From Lepidodermella squamata (lineage: Eukaryota > Animalia > Gastrotricha), in the NCBI GenBank assembly GCA_047495785.1, contig JBLDXI010000151.1:1-17515 (forward strand): a stretch of 17,515 nt of DNA, read 5' to 3'. Under the pieces are notes generated by a model. The model worked only from the letters and a program-made list of their open reading frames with translations, searched no databases and was not told where the DNA came from. The position numbers and the translations under genes are program-made. Below are positions 1 to 10,148 of the stretch, piece after piece; within the stretch, counting starts at the first letter, position 1, and every line of letters starts with the position of its first letter.

Positions 1-3000
1 ACCAGCGTTCCGATTGCTAGTAAGTACCTGCCTTAATTTCTGATTTTCAGTTCTTAAATCGCGAATCCCAACAGCTGACCCAACTGGAGATGTAGTATGC
101 CCTGACCCTATTGCGATAGCTAACGGCGAGATTGTTTCGGCAACCTACCCCCTAGCTCAGTCGGCTCGTCCAGGCCAAAACATCACCTACGCCTGCAACA
201 ATGGTTACTCGTTGAGTGCAAGTGGTTTTGTATCTTGTTTGGCCGATGGAACTTGGTCAGTCATCCCTCGATGCATTTCGAACACTGGAGCAACAACTCA
301 GAGCACGCCGAGATGCGGTGTTCTGCCTGCTATCGACAACGGACGAGTGCTGCGAATCAGCGATGATCAAACTCAGGCTATCTATGGTTGCTATGATCGG
401 TACGAAATCGTTGGCGAGGACGTTGTGACATGTAACGGGGGCAGGTGGTCAGCAGTCCCGGCTTGCAGACTTCTCACAGCCACTACCACCATCAGTGGAA
501 GACAGCCATCGGGCGGCGCAACCAGCACTGATTCAGCAATAATAAGTAAGCCCCATCCCTGAGCGTTAGTTCAAACCTTTCGCTTATCTTACTACAGATA
601 CGATTTGCGGACAACTGCCAACGGTTCGTTTTGCGAGGATGGTCTCGTTCAGAGATACAACTCCTAACCAGCAAGGCGGTGAAGTCGCAACTTTTGCTTG
701 CGAGAACAACTTTGTTATGAACGGAATTGAGACAGTCACATGCCAGACACAACCTTTAGGATGGACTCAAATTCCAAAGTGCTCGCCACCCCTCTCGTGT
801 GGCCCTGCTCTCTTCATCTTGAACGCAGAGGTCGTCTATCAAGATTTCAATGGTACAAACAGCAGGGGTGGTTCGACTGTTCAATATCGCTGCTTGGGTT
901 CTTACTCAATCGGAAATTCTGACACCGCTGTTTGCAATGGGCAGACCGGTTCTTGGACCTCGGTTCCATCATGCAACTACCAAACTTGTGGCCAACCGCC
1001 CCAGGTTGTCAACGCTCGTGTTGAATCTCAAACCTTCTCAGGCATCAACAGTGTCGCAGGAGCAACAGTGACCTACAGCTGCCTCAATGGCTTCACGATG
1101 AGTGGCTCTAACACCATAACTTGTGACGCTCAGTCTTTGAGGTGGACTGCTCCCCCGACGTGCGGTGGCACCGCGCCTGCTAATTCTTGCGGGTTACCTC
1201 CCGGTGTTAGGAATGGAGCAATGACAACATCCTCGATTGTTACACGGTCGACTAATGGAGATTTCGTGTTCTATCAATGTGACGAAGGATACACACTGCA
1301 AGGGAACAACTACGTTTCCTGCGTGGATAACAAGTGGTCTACTCCCCCGTCTTGCGTCGGTAAGTCTAAAGATTCTTCCGACTTTTCGATTCTATTGTTG
1401 TATTTTTTAGCATCTTGCGGTAGTACTGGGCCTGTAATTGCAAATGCCGCTATTGTGACCCGAACATTTACCACCCTGGCGAACCCAGGCGACTCCGTTT
1501 CTTACCGATGCATCACCGGATTCTCCTTCGCGCCTGGAAGCTCTACGGCTGTTCAGTGCCTGTCGTCTATGCGATGGTCCACGCCGCTGCCAGTCTGTGT
1601 GTCAAACACTCAGCCATCTCGGCCCACTCAACCATCTGTGACACCTGCGAATGTTCCATCCCCATGCGGCCAGTCTCCATCAATTGCGAATGCGTTTGTC
1701 GCCCAGCGATTCCAAAATGCTGTGCGCTACCAATGCGTCGACGGCTATGTTATCAAAGACTTCGACACAACGGCTTGTCAAAGTGACTACTCTTGGTCTC
1801 CGATTCCAGAATGCATCAGATCTTGTGGGCCTGCTCCGACTGTTTCGAACGCCCGAGTTACGTGGAAGAGCTTCAACAACACATTCAGCCAACCATCCAG
1901 CGTTGTTCGCTATGCTTGTGATAGCGGCCAACCAATTCCAGGTTCAGATTCGATTGTTTGTGGAGATGACGGCAAATGGTCGAACTCCCCGAGCTGTGGT
2001 ACGTTATCATCTGATTAAGTTGTTGTCTTTCTTAAAATAAGTTGTATTCAGTGACCTGCGGCTTGCCTCCAGTTGTATCGAATGCTCGGGTGGATTTCCA
2101 AACTTTCAAAGCTGATGCCAGTGTTCCAGGGTCAACTGCTCGTTACGCTTGTCAGTTGGGCCAGCAAATCAGAGGAACAGACACTGTAATTTGCGGAAGC
2201 GACGGTAAATGGTCTGTAGCTCCGACTTGCTCCCCCAACTCATGCGGACCCCCGCCGAATGTTGCCAACGGCGTAATCCTTTCCAAGTCATTCAGCGGAA
2301 CTAACGGCGGCCCGAATGATCGAGTAATCTACAGTTGTCGCACAGATCTTGGCTACTTTGTCTTGAAGGGCAATGCTAGTGTTTCTTGCGACTTCGAAAG
2401 GCTTCAGTGGTCCGTCGCTCCGACTTGCGATGGCGATATCAGATCTTGCGGACCTGTGCCTACCGTTCAGAATGGATTTGTAGCCGCTTCATCGGTCCCA
2501 ACTGGGGGTCTATCGAATGGAGACGATTTCATCTTCTACAGCTGTAACGCTGGCTTCGTTCTCAACGGGAAAGATCTGGTTGAATGCAAAAACAGCAAAT
2601 GGACCGCCCAACCAACGTGCATCGGTACGTTTGTGTAATGTGCAAAGTACAGGAGGGGAGGGCGTGGTTTAAGGGGGGTTGAGGGGGTACGAGGGGGGTA
2701 AGGGGGGTACCTCAAGAGGTCCGGGCAAGAAAACCCAAAAAACCACCTTTGGCCAGAATAAGGGGCTGAAAATACCGACCCTTTTTTTTTTTTTTTTTAA
2801 ATACTTATTTTTTTAAATACTTATTTTATTTGGTTTCAGGCCGCGATTTTTTACGTCCATAGACATATACAATCGCAAGATTATGTTTTTAGTCGAATTG
2901 TGTGGTTCCTTTAAGTGGCCTCTCATAAAAATGTGTGGGTGTTATAAAACGTTGTAAAAGAAAAATGGAACGGAATGAGTGGAAGTAATATTTACGAATC

Positions 3001-6000
3001 GTGATAAATAGAAAGGAAGAGGAGAGATTGCGATTCGGTTTAGTTCAGGTATACGCATCTCCAAGTATTTGTGCATGTTAACATTAATATTGCTATTCAA
3101 TTTTTATCTTTCGAGTCGTCACTTTCTTTTTGATGATCTCACCCTACCTCACCAAGCCCGAGGACAACTGGTCACCCCGACCCTTACCCCCACCTCCAGG
3201 ATCCTTCTCCATCCACTGGTTTTGTGTTCAAAAGTTTCAGAAAATTGGATTTTCTGAACTTTTGACAAACCTGTGGCTCGAGAAGGTCCTGGAGTTCCAA
3301 ATGCTGTTGTTACCAAGCGATCCTTCAAAAACTACGCAGTTGTTGGAGATACCGTAGAATATACTTGCATGTCCGGTTATATGATGAGCTCTGATAGCAA
3401 ACCAGTTATCACCTGTTTGAACTCTTGGCGATGGACCCAACTTCCGCTTTGCATCGCTCCGCCAGTTGTCGCTACAACCACCACTGTCGCAGTCCCAATA
3501 AATCAACGGTCGAAGTGTGGCCCAGCTCCTCGAATCGATAACGGCTCGATCACCCGCCAAACATTATCAAATAACATGACAATCTTCTTGGACTCAACTG
3601 AATACGCATGTAACGCTAATTATCGAATGTTGGGACTGAATATAATTTTCTGCCAAAACAACAACCAATGGTCATCTCCACCTCAATGCGTTGCATTGAA
3701 CGTGCCAGGTCGAACCACGACCAAGTCACCATTTTGCCCTAGCCCGACTATCGCAATAAGCAATGGCCGTTTGTTGAGTCAGAACTTTGAGTCGGTCGCG
3801 ACTAATGACAGTGTGCTGACTTACAAATGCAATCGAGGTTACGTGTTATCAGGCCCAACTCGAGTGACATGTTCTAGCACCGGCGATTGGTCTACTTTAC
3901 CGACTTGCATACCTGATCAAAGGAGTGACGTGCCTGTCATGTGCGAATTTCCGCCTTCGATTCGATTTGGCCGTATCGATCAAACTAACCTCGGCACGTC
4001 AGGTCAGTTCGAACTTGGCGATTACGTGATATACGCCTGCAATTCTGGCTATGAGCTCGTTGGAGCTGGCAGGGTCTGGTGTGAGGGTAGCGTTGATGCT
4101 GTAGCTTGGACCTCCCCGCCAACTTGCCGCGCTAAGCCTAACTCGCCCGATACCGTTCCAAGTGGGTACTGCGGGAAACCTCCAGATGTCTCCTACAGCA
4201 ACAAAGTCAGATCCGAGTTCAAAAACAGCGATCTCGGCGTGAATATGGCTATGCCTGGTGATAAGGTTTACTATCAATGCTTGGATGGCTATGTCATGGT
4301 TGATACTGATAATAATGGCGTGGCTGAGTGTTCAGCTGGACCTCCAGTAGCTTGGAGAAATGTTCCGAAATGCTCGGATAAAACTTGCGGACCGGCCCCA
4401 GCTATAGCAAATGGGCGAATGGTATCGTCTGTTTTCAAGAGCGGAAATTCACGCTTTGGAGGACCAGGAGATACTCTTTATTGTAAGTTAAAATTTATTT
4501 TTGAGAAAATTCATAACGAAGAAACATTTTCATCTTTAAAATTGAGGTTCCAGCTTCCAGCGTTTCTCGATAAAGCGTGTCCCATAAGTAGCCCAAACAA
4601 AGAATTCGCAGAAACGGGATCAGAAACTTTGAGAGTCGAAGTCACATCTCATGGCTAGGAAAATCTAGAAGAATTGAAAAAATTCGAAATTCAAAAATCA
4701 TGAGAATATTAATCGAGTATAACACTTGTCAATTGGATTAAAAAATCGAAGAAATTTGATAAATCACAGAAAAATTACCGAACCAGTTACCATCGGGGTT
4801 TTTCGGGATATTTCGGGTTCTTTCGGTACATTTTTAATTTCTTCGGTATAATCCCGTTTAAAGAATGGAAGATCCTCCCTGTAGGTTTAAATGTTGAAAA
4901 AAATATTTAAATTTTCTAGAACAAGTTGCGCAAATAAAAAAATGGATGGAATAAATTGTGGGACATGCTGTAAATTTCCATTTGTTTTTTTTATTTTTTC
5001 CCTATTTATGAAAATTTAGTTCTGGAACCCTTAACTTAGGGTGACCAATTGGCACACCCAGTAAATATTTTTTTGATAGTTTTCAATTTTTTTCAAATTT
5101 CGTAACATTTTCCTGATCTATTTAACTTTCGTTTTTTTCATTGCAGATTCTTGCGATACCGGTTACGCTTTGGTTGGCCCTGAGACGGTGACATGCTCGG
5201 GTGACGAAACATCCCGTACTTGGAGCGTGATGCCAAGTTGCTCCCGAAGCACAAACAACGCCGCAAATGACAACAACGACGTCGGAAATCGGATGAACAT
5301 CGACGCTCAGCCAGTAATAGTCGTCAAGCCAACCTCAACCACACCGAAAACCACCCCGGCCACAACCCAAAAAGTTATAAACCAGCCCCCGCGCGAGCTG
5401 CCACTCGCAGCCCCAATCGAACAGCTGAACCTAGATCAGGACTCATCTTGCGGCCCGATTCAGCCCGTTGCTAACGCCTTGCTAGTGACCCAAATTTCGT
5501 CGAGTCTCGATAAATACCCGATCGGAACTATTTTACAGTACCAATGCAACTCCGGGTATCAATTCGATGTAACCTCGATTGATACGGTAATTTGCACCCC
5601 GGATGGCTGGTCGAAATTACCGATTTGCGCCAGATCGATCCAGGCCATTAACTTCGCCCCATGCCGACCCCCGCCGAGTATCGAAAACGGCTTCATCGCC
5701 TCGGTCAACGCGACTTCAGTCATTTACCTATGCAAATTAGGCTTCGCATTGACTGATCCGAGAATCAACGCCGTTACCTGCCAAAAACCAGCCGGAACCT
5801 GGACCTTAGCCCCGACTTGCATCCCGGCGGGATGTGGCGCTGCGCCTAATTTGAGAAACGCGAAATTAACCGTGAAAACTTTCGACGCGACCAGTATCCC
5901 CGATGACAAGGCCTTTTACCAATGCGAACCAGGTTTCCAGGTCCAGGACGCGGCTTATGTTGTCATAACTTGCCAGGCTAACGGCAGTTGGTCTCAAACC

Positions 6001-9000
6001 GCGAATTGCGAGCCGCTAGACGGAATTCAAGCCTCAGCCGCTGGTGGTATCGGCTCGAATAAGGTGGATTCATGCGGGGCGACGCCGACCATCGACAACG
6101 GCCGGGTTATCTACACCCAATACATCACTGGGACGCCGTCAAACGGCGGTCTGGGTGATACCGTGTTTTTCATGTGTAACGACGGTTATCAAATGAACGG
6201 CGATCGGCAGGTTGTTTGCTCGTCCAGCCCTCTGAAATGGTCGGCGATTCCTACATGTACCCGTTCGTCGTCATGCTCGGTACTACCCGTGGTAACTAAC
6301 GGGTTCATCTCAACGCAAACCGCGATGAATTCCGTGCCGAAATTGGGTGATACAATCACGTTTCAATGCGCTGAATCGTGGCGGATTGAAGGGTCCCCAG
6401 TTGTGACGTGTGGCGCGTCTGGCTGGTCGCTGGCTCCGCGCTGTGTGCGGTCAAGCGTGTCGACATGCGGCGCCGCGCCTCAAATCGACAACGGCCAGGC
6501 GCTTTATTCAGATTTTTCGAATGCCAAGTCGGTTGTTGGTTCGCGAGTTTTCTTCCGGTGTAATGAAGGCTTTGTCGTGAATACCGTGCCTTCGACGGCG
6601 GTTTGCCAGGACACGGGCCGCTGGTCGACTCTGCCGAGGTGTTTGAAAGCGTCGGATATTCCGCAGTCTCTGTGCCTGGCACCGCCGTCTGTTGCGAATT
6701 CGGCTGTTATTTACAAAAGTTACGATACAACACCGGTTGGCGGCAGTTTGGTCATGTATGAATGCTTGGAAGGCTACTTGTTGACTACGCGAAATAACTA
6801 CGTTCAGGTTAGTGGAATTTTTCATCATTGGCATCATTGCCATAGACGAAGTTAATATTAATCAAAATTGATTGAGTAATTTATTTGATTTATTTGATTC
6901 TTACGCTCAAGATTTGAAATAAGAGTGGAAAGATAATAATTAAAAGCGTCGCGCATTGTTTAATTAGGGCACTCCTTTCTGTTTTGCGCGACGTTTTGAT
7001 TTTATGTGCGCGATTTTCCAATATTTTGCGCGACGCCTGTCTATGACCCGTTTTATATGAGAAATCGCACTTGAATTGTATTTGAAATTTGAAATAAAAA
7101 TAAAAGTAAAAAAATGAAAAAGAAAAAATCATGTCAGAAGTGGGGTTCGAACCCACGCCCTCTTTCGAGGACCAGATCTTGAGTCTGGCGCCTTAGACCG
7201 CTCGGCCATCCTGACTTGTTCTCCCACCATTGCGATAAGAGAGGTTACTTCCTAACGCCAAGCTATTCTTTCCCAGTTATCATTCTCAAGAAATGCCTTC
7301 CCAATGATTCATCATTTAAACTTTAAAATGAGTAAATTTGCTTGAGAAAGCTAGAATTTTAGCCACATAATTTTTTGAATTATTATTATTTGAGACATTT
7401 TTAACTGAATGGACAGGCATTTCCTCTCAATAACAACAAAAAAAATAATTAAAAATTGAAAATAATATGTTGCCTTCATTCAGACTCTCAAATCCGTTCA
7501 ATGGATTAGCCAACAAAAAAATCAAATATTGCCCATTTTTTCTTAGTGTGCGGCTGATGGGACATGGACAGACCCTCCGAAGTGCGAAGTTCGCAAGTCC
7601 TGTGGCGCCGTTCCCACAATTCCAAACGGCAAAGTCAGCGGCAAGACATTTTCCGCTGATACCGGCACATTGGACGACCGCGTGTTCTACACATGCGACA
7701 GCGGCTTCACCCTAGCAAATGGCATTTCTTTCATCAAATGCGACGGAACTAACTGGTCGCCTTTGCCAGCATGTGTCAAACAATGTAAGACTGAATTACT
7801 TGATTTTTTTCAGTAATAGTTTTTGGATTTTTGTTCAATTTATTTTCTCAACATTCTTCACATCTGAAATAATCAAATTTTTACGAGAATTATCCGATTT
7901 TAAAATAATTTAATTTTTTTCAATATTCGAATTTCGCAACACTTGTTGATTGTTTTTATAATTAAAGCTGCTTCTTGTGGCGATTTACCCACCGTCGAAA
8001 ATGCCCGAGTTGTTTTCAAGAGTCAGCGAGATGCAAACGCTTTAGAAGGCGACGTTGTTTGGCTGAGTTGCCTGGCCGGCTACCAAGTTCAGGGTCGAGA
8101 AGTCGTGACCTGCCAATCAAATTCCTCGTGGTCACCAATGCCTAGTTGCGTACCAGGTAAAACCACATTTTTTCGCGAAAATTTGTAGCCACCTAAATAT
8201 TTTTGTATCAGCATCAGGCGCGAGCTGCAACCCGCCTGCTGACGTTGAAAATGCTGTGATTTACTCGAAATCTTATCAGGACAATGCTAAGCCTGTCGCT
8301 GGTGATTTTGTGCGATACCGATGCAATACCGGGTTCTCGGCGACCACTGCAACGGATGATTCAACGTGCACGGCGTCCGGCACATGGACCCTGCCGCCGC
8401 AGTGCCGCGCGACCGGAACTGTTACCGGTTGCGGGCTGGCGCCGAAAGTTGAAAATTCGCGAGTGACATTTACGACAATTTTAGGCAACTCACAGGCGCT
8501 TACGAATGACATTGTGTGGTACGAGTGTCTTAACGGGTTTGATATCGAAGGCTCGAATGCGGTTCGTTGCTTAGCAACGGGAAGTTGGACTCCGGCGCCG
8601 AGATGCAAATACACACTGAGTAAGTGAGGCTAAACATTAAAGTTGAAAAACTAAAAATTAAAATATTAAAAAATTATAAAAAATTAAAATTTTCCATTTT
8701 AAATTTTAAAAATTGGAAAGAATGTTGAAATTGATTAAAAATTCAAGAAATAAAATATAAATTAATTTTATTGAATTTTAATATTAAATTGGCTATAATT
8801 CTTAAAATGAGAATTCTTGAAAAAAAATTAAATATGTTTTCAGCCGATACGTGTGGTGCGCCTCCTCCTGTGAACAAAGGCTTCATCAGTCAGCCGTATC
8901 GTGGCCCTAGTGTTGCCGGCAGCCAAGTGACCTACGCATGTTCAACCGGGTTCAAATTGCTAGGAAACCCTCAAGTCACGTGCTTGGAAAATGGGAAATG

Positions 9001-9865
9001 GTCTTCATTACCGAGATGCGAATCAATCTCCTCTCGTAAATTTTATCTCCCCTTTGGCCATTGTTTTTTCATTATTTTTTAATGTTTTTAGAGGTGTCAT
9101 GTGGCGCAGTTCCTGATGTTGAAAACGGCAAGGCGATCGAGTCAAATTTTGTCGGAAATGCTAGCGATGTGACGAGTTACGTTATCTACGCCCTGTAACA
9201 GCGGTTTCGTTCTCAAAGGAACCACTCGCATCGAGTGCCTTGGCTCCGGCGGTTGGACAGCTCCCCCGCGTTGCGAAGCCCGGCCTACCACAGGCCCAAC
9301 TTGTGGACCAGTCCCTGTCGTAGCTAACGCCGTTGCTGTTGTCAATACAGTCCCGACTAATTCAAATTTCAGCATACCCGGCGATCTTGTTTGGTACCAG
9401 TGCTTGGAGGGCTATCAGCTGACCAGCTACCCGGCTATTCAATGCTTTGCGAAAGGCTGGTCTGGCCAGCCGTTGTGCAGCCCTATCAGTAATAATTCTT
9501 GTTTTCCTCAAATTATTGCCTTAACATATTTTTTCTCAGAGCGTTTCCGATGTTCGCCAACCATGAGTTTGATTTTCGCCCTTGACCTACAAGAGTCGGA
9601 TGGTTTCACAAGAGCCGAGATGCAAAGCGTGTTGAATTTCTTGAAATCAGTCCCGGCCAACTACCGAAAATTGACCGATGCGAAGGGCGCTGCAACGCCG
9701 GATACAACGTCGTTTTCGGCGGGTGCAGTCACCCTGGCTGGCATGGTAGCATCTCGGACTTACGTTTCGAAAGCTGTGACTGTTACCGATCAAAGCAACG
9801 GCAATGTTGGACCGCTTTCGGAATGGAATGACTGGATGGATACAAATGTTGCTGAATTCAAAAAC
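1..9865 (+). CDS. Multi-Sushi/CCP + C-terminal VWA protein, + strand copy (5'-partial; lacks last exon; damaged at 3248-3285 and ~9191)
   Basis: Exons (window numbering) <1-19, 75-545, 598-1359, 1411-1998, 2052-2624, 3268-4482, 5147-6807, 7547-7784, 7968-8156, 8212-8619, 8844-9035, 9092-9488, 9540-9865. Introns are GT..AG with consistent phases, except the acceptor at 3267, which is intact only in the mirror copy. I count 32 repeats of C..P..NG/NA..Y.C..GY/F..C..W...P.C. Confidence 0.88.
75..545 (+). CDS. Exon 2: CCP1-2
   Basis: acag| acceptor at 74 (alternative in-frame ttttcag at 50); donor gtaagc at 546; CPDPIAIANG..IPRC and CGVLPAIDNG..VPAC. Confidence 0.8.
598..1359 (+). CDS. Exon 3: CCP3-6
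   Basis: tacag| acceptor at 597; gtaagt donor at 1360. Confidence 0.85.
1411..1998 (+). CDS. Exon 4: CCP7-9
   Basis: ttttag| acceptor at 1410; gtacgt donor at 1999. Confidence 0.85.
2052..2624 (+). CDS. Exon 5: CCP10-12
   Basis: ttcag| acceptor at 2051; gtacgt donor at 2625. Confidence 0.85.
2652..2708 (+). other. G-tract cluster, potential G-quadruplex in intron 5
   Basis: Six runs of 3-6 G separated by short loops. Confidence 0.5.
2782..2826. repeat. Poly-T(17) overlapping a 16-bp tandem duplication
   Basis: ttttaaatacttattt x2 (2795-2810, 2811-2826). Confidence 0.8.
3268..4482 (+). CDS. Exon 6: CCP13-17 and first half of CCP18 (5' end scrambled in this copy)
   Basis: Start inferred from the mirror copy (tttttcag|ct tct tgt ggc at 17411); donor gtaagt at 4483. 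Confidence 0.8.
4573..4970. mobile_element. Putative decayed Tc1/mariner-type MITE in intron 6
   Basis: TA|AAGCGTGTCCCATAAGT ... AATTGTGGGACATGCTG|TA; imperfect terminal inverted repeats (12/14 core match), TA flanks, no coding capacity. Confidence 0.45.
5147..6807 (+). CDS. Exon 7: end of CCP18, Thr/Pro-rich linker, CCP19-24, first part of CCP25
   Basis: ttgcag| acceptor at 5146; gttagt donor at 6808; matches the 561-aa ORF. Confidence 0.88.
7123..7128 (-). terminator. Pol III T6 terminator of tRNA-Leu (left arm)
   Basis: AAAAAA on the + strand; mirror of 13551-13556. Confidence 0.75.
7132..7215 (-). tRNA. trnL-CAA: tRNA-Leu(CAA), intronless, antisense within intron 7 of the + copy
   Basis: GTCAGGATGGCCGAGCGGTCTAAGGCG CCAGA CTCAAGA TCTGG, long variable arm, GTGGGTTCGAACCCCAC TTCTGACA; A and B boxes present; no encoded CCA. 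Confidence 0.96.
7547..7784 (+). CDS. Exon 8: end of CCP25, CCP26 (frame not shown in the ORF track)
   Basis: cttag|tgt gcg gct gat ggg aca tgg (CAADGTW) ... CGAVPTIPNG..LPAC; donor gtaaga at 7785. Confidence 0.85.
7968..8156 (+). CDS. Exon 9: CCP27
   Basis: aaag| acceptor at 7967; gtaaaa donor at 8157. Confidence 0.8.
8212..8619 (+). CDS. Exon 10: CCP28-29
   Basis: atcag| acceptor at 8211; gtaagt donor at 8620. Confidence 0.82.
8844..9035 (+). CDS. Exon 11: CCP30
   Basis: ttttcag| acceptor at 8843; gtaaat donor at 9036. Confidence 0.85.
9092..9488 (+). CDS. Exon 12: CCP31-32 (+1 C frameshift at ~9191-9193 in this copy)
   Basis: tacgccctgt here versus tacgcctgt (Y-A-C) in the mirror copy; ttttag| acceptor at 9091; gtaata donor at 9489. 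Confidence 0.8.
9540..9865 (+). CDS. Exon 13: N-terminal half of VWA domain
   Basis: CSPTMSLIFALDLQES..F..EMQSVLNFLKSV resembles VWA beta-A/alpha-1; donor gtaaaa at 9866. Confidence 0.75.
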
Positions 9866-10148
9866 GTAAAAATATTTGATCATTTTTCGAAAGAAAATCG
9901 GAAAAAATAATGCCTCAATATTCGGCATTTTCGCTTAATTTCGAAAAAAATTGAGACTGTTGGGCGGTTAAAAAATCCTTGAAATTTACTTTTAAATTTT
10001 GAGCGAAAAATTAGGCTCACCTGAGATCACCTTGAAAAAATGGAGCTCATATAATCTACACATTATAACTGGTTTAGGAATTAATGATAGGTAATTATGT
10101 TCATTTTCTATTTCTATTCCAGTCAGAACTTTCTAGAAAATTGCTAAT

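Larger units (their letters stand above)
3164..10147 (+). repeat. Left arm of giant inverted repeat (left limit set only by the window end of the right arm)
   Basis: Mirror coordinate sums are 20681/20680/20679 across paired ORFs; paired translations are identical. Confidence 0.98.

Noticed and set aside
6890-7156. 88-aa ORF (and mirror 13523-13789)
   Set aside because: Starts inside the tRNA T-arm and runs through low-complexity intron sequence.
7467-7913. ORFs 7467-7715 and 7719-7913
   Set aside because: Wrong frames; the real CCP exon 7547-7784 is in another frame.
8620-8843. Extremely AT-rich aaaatt-type tract as a satellite or regulatory element
   Set aside because: No consistent unit; ordinary low-complexity intron.
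1-9865. Naming the gene SVEP1, CSMD, CR1, factor H or factor B
   Set aside because: Only the shared CCP and VWA domains match. No EGF, pentraxin, CUB, protease or TM segment is visible and the domain order differs.
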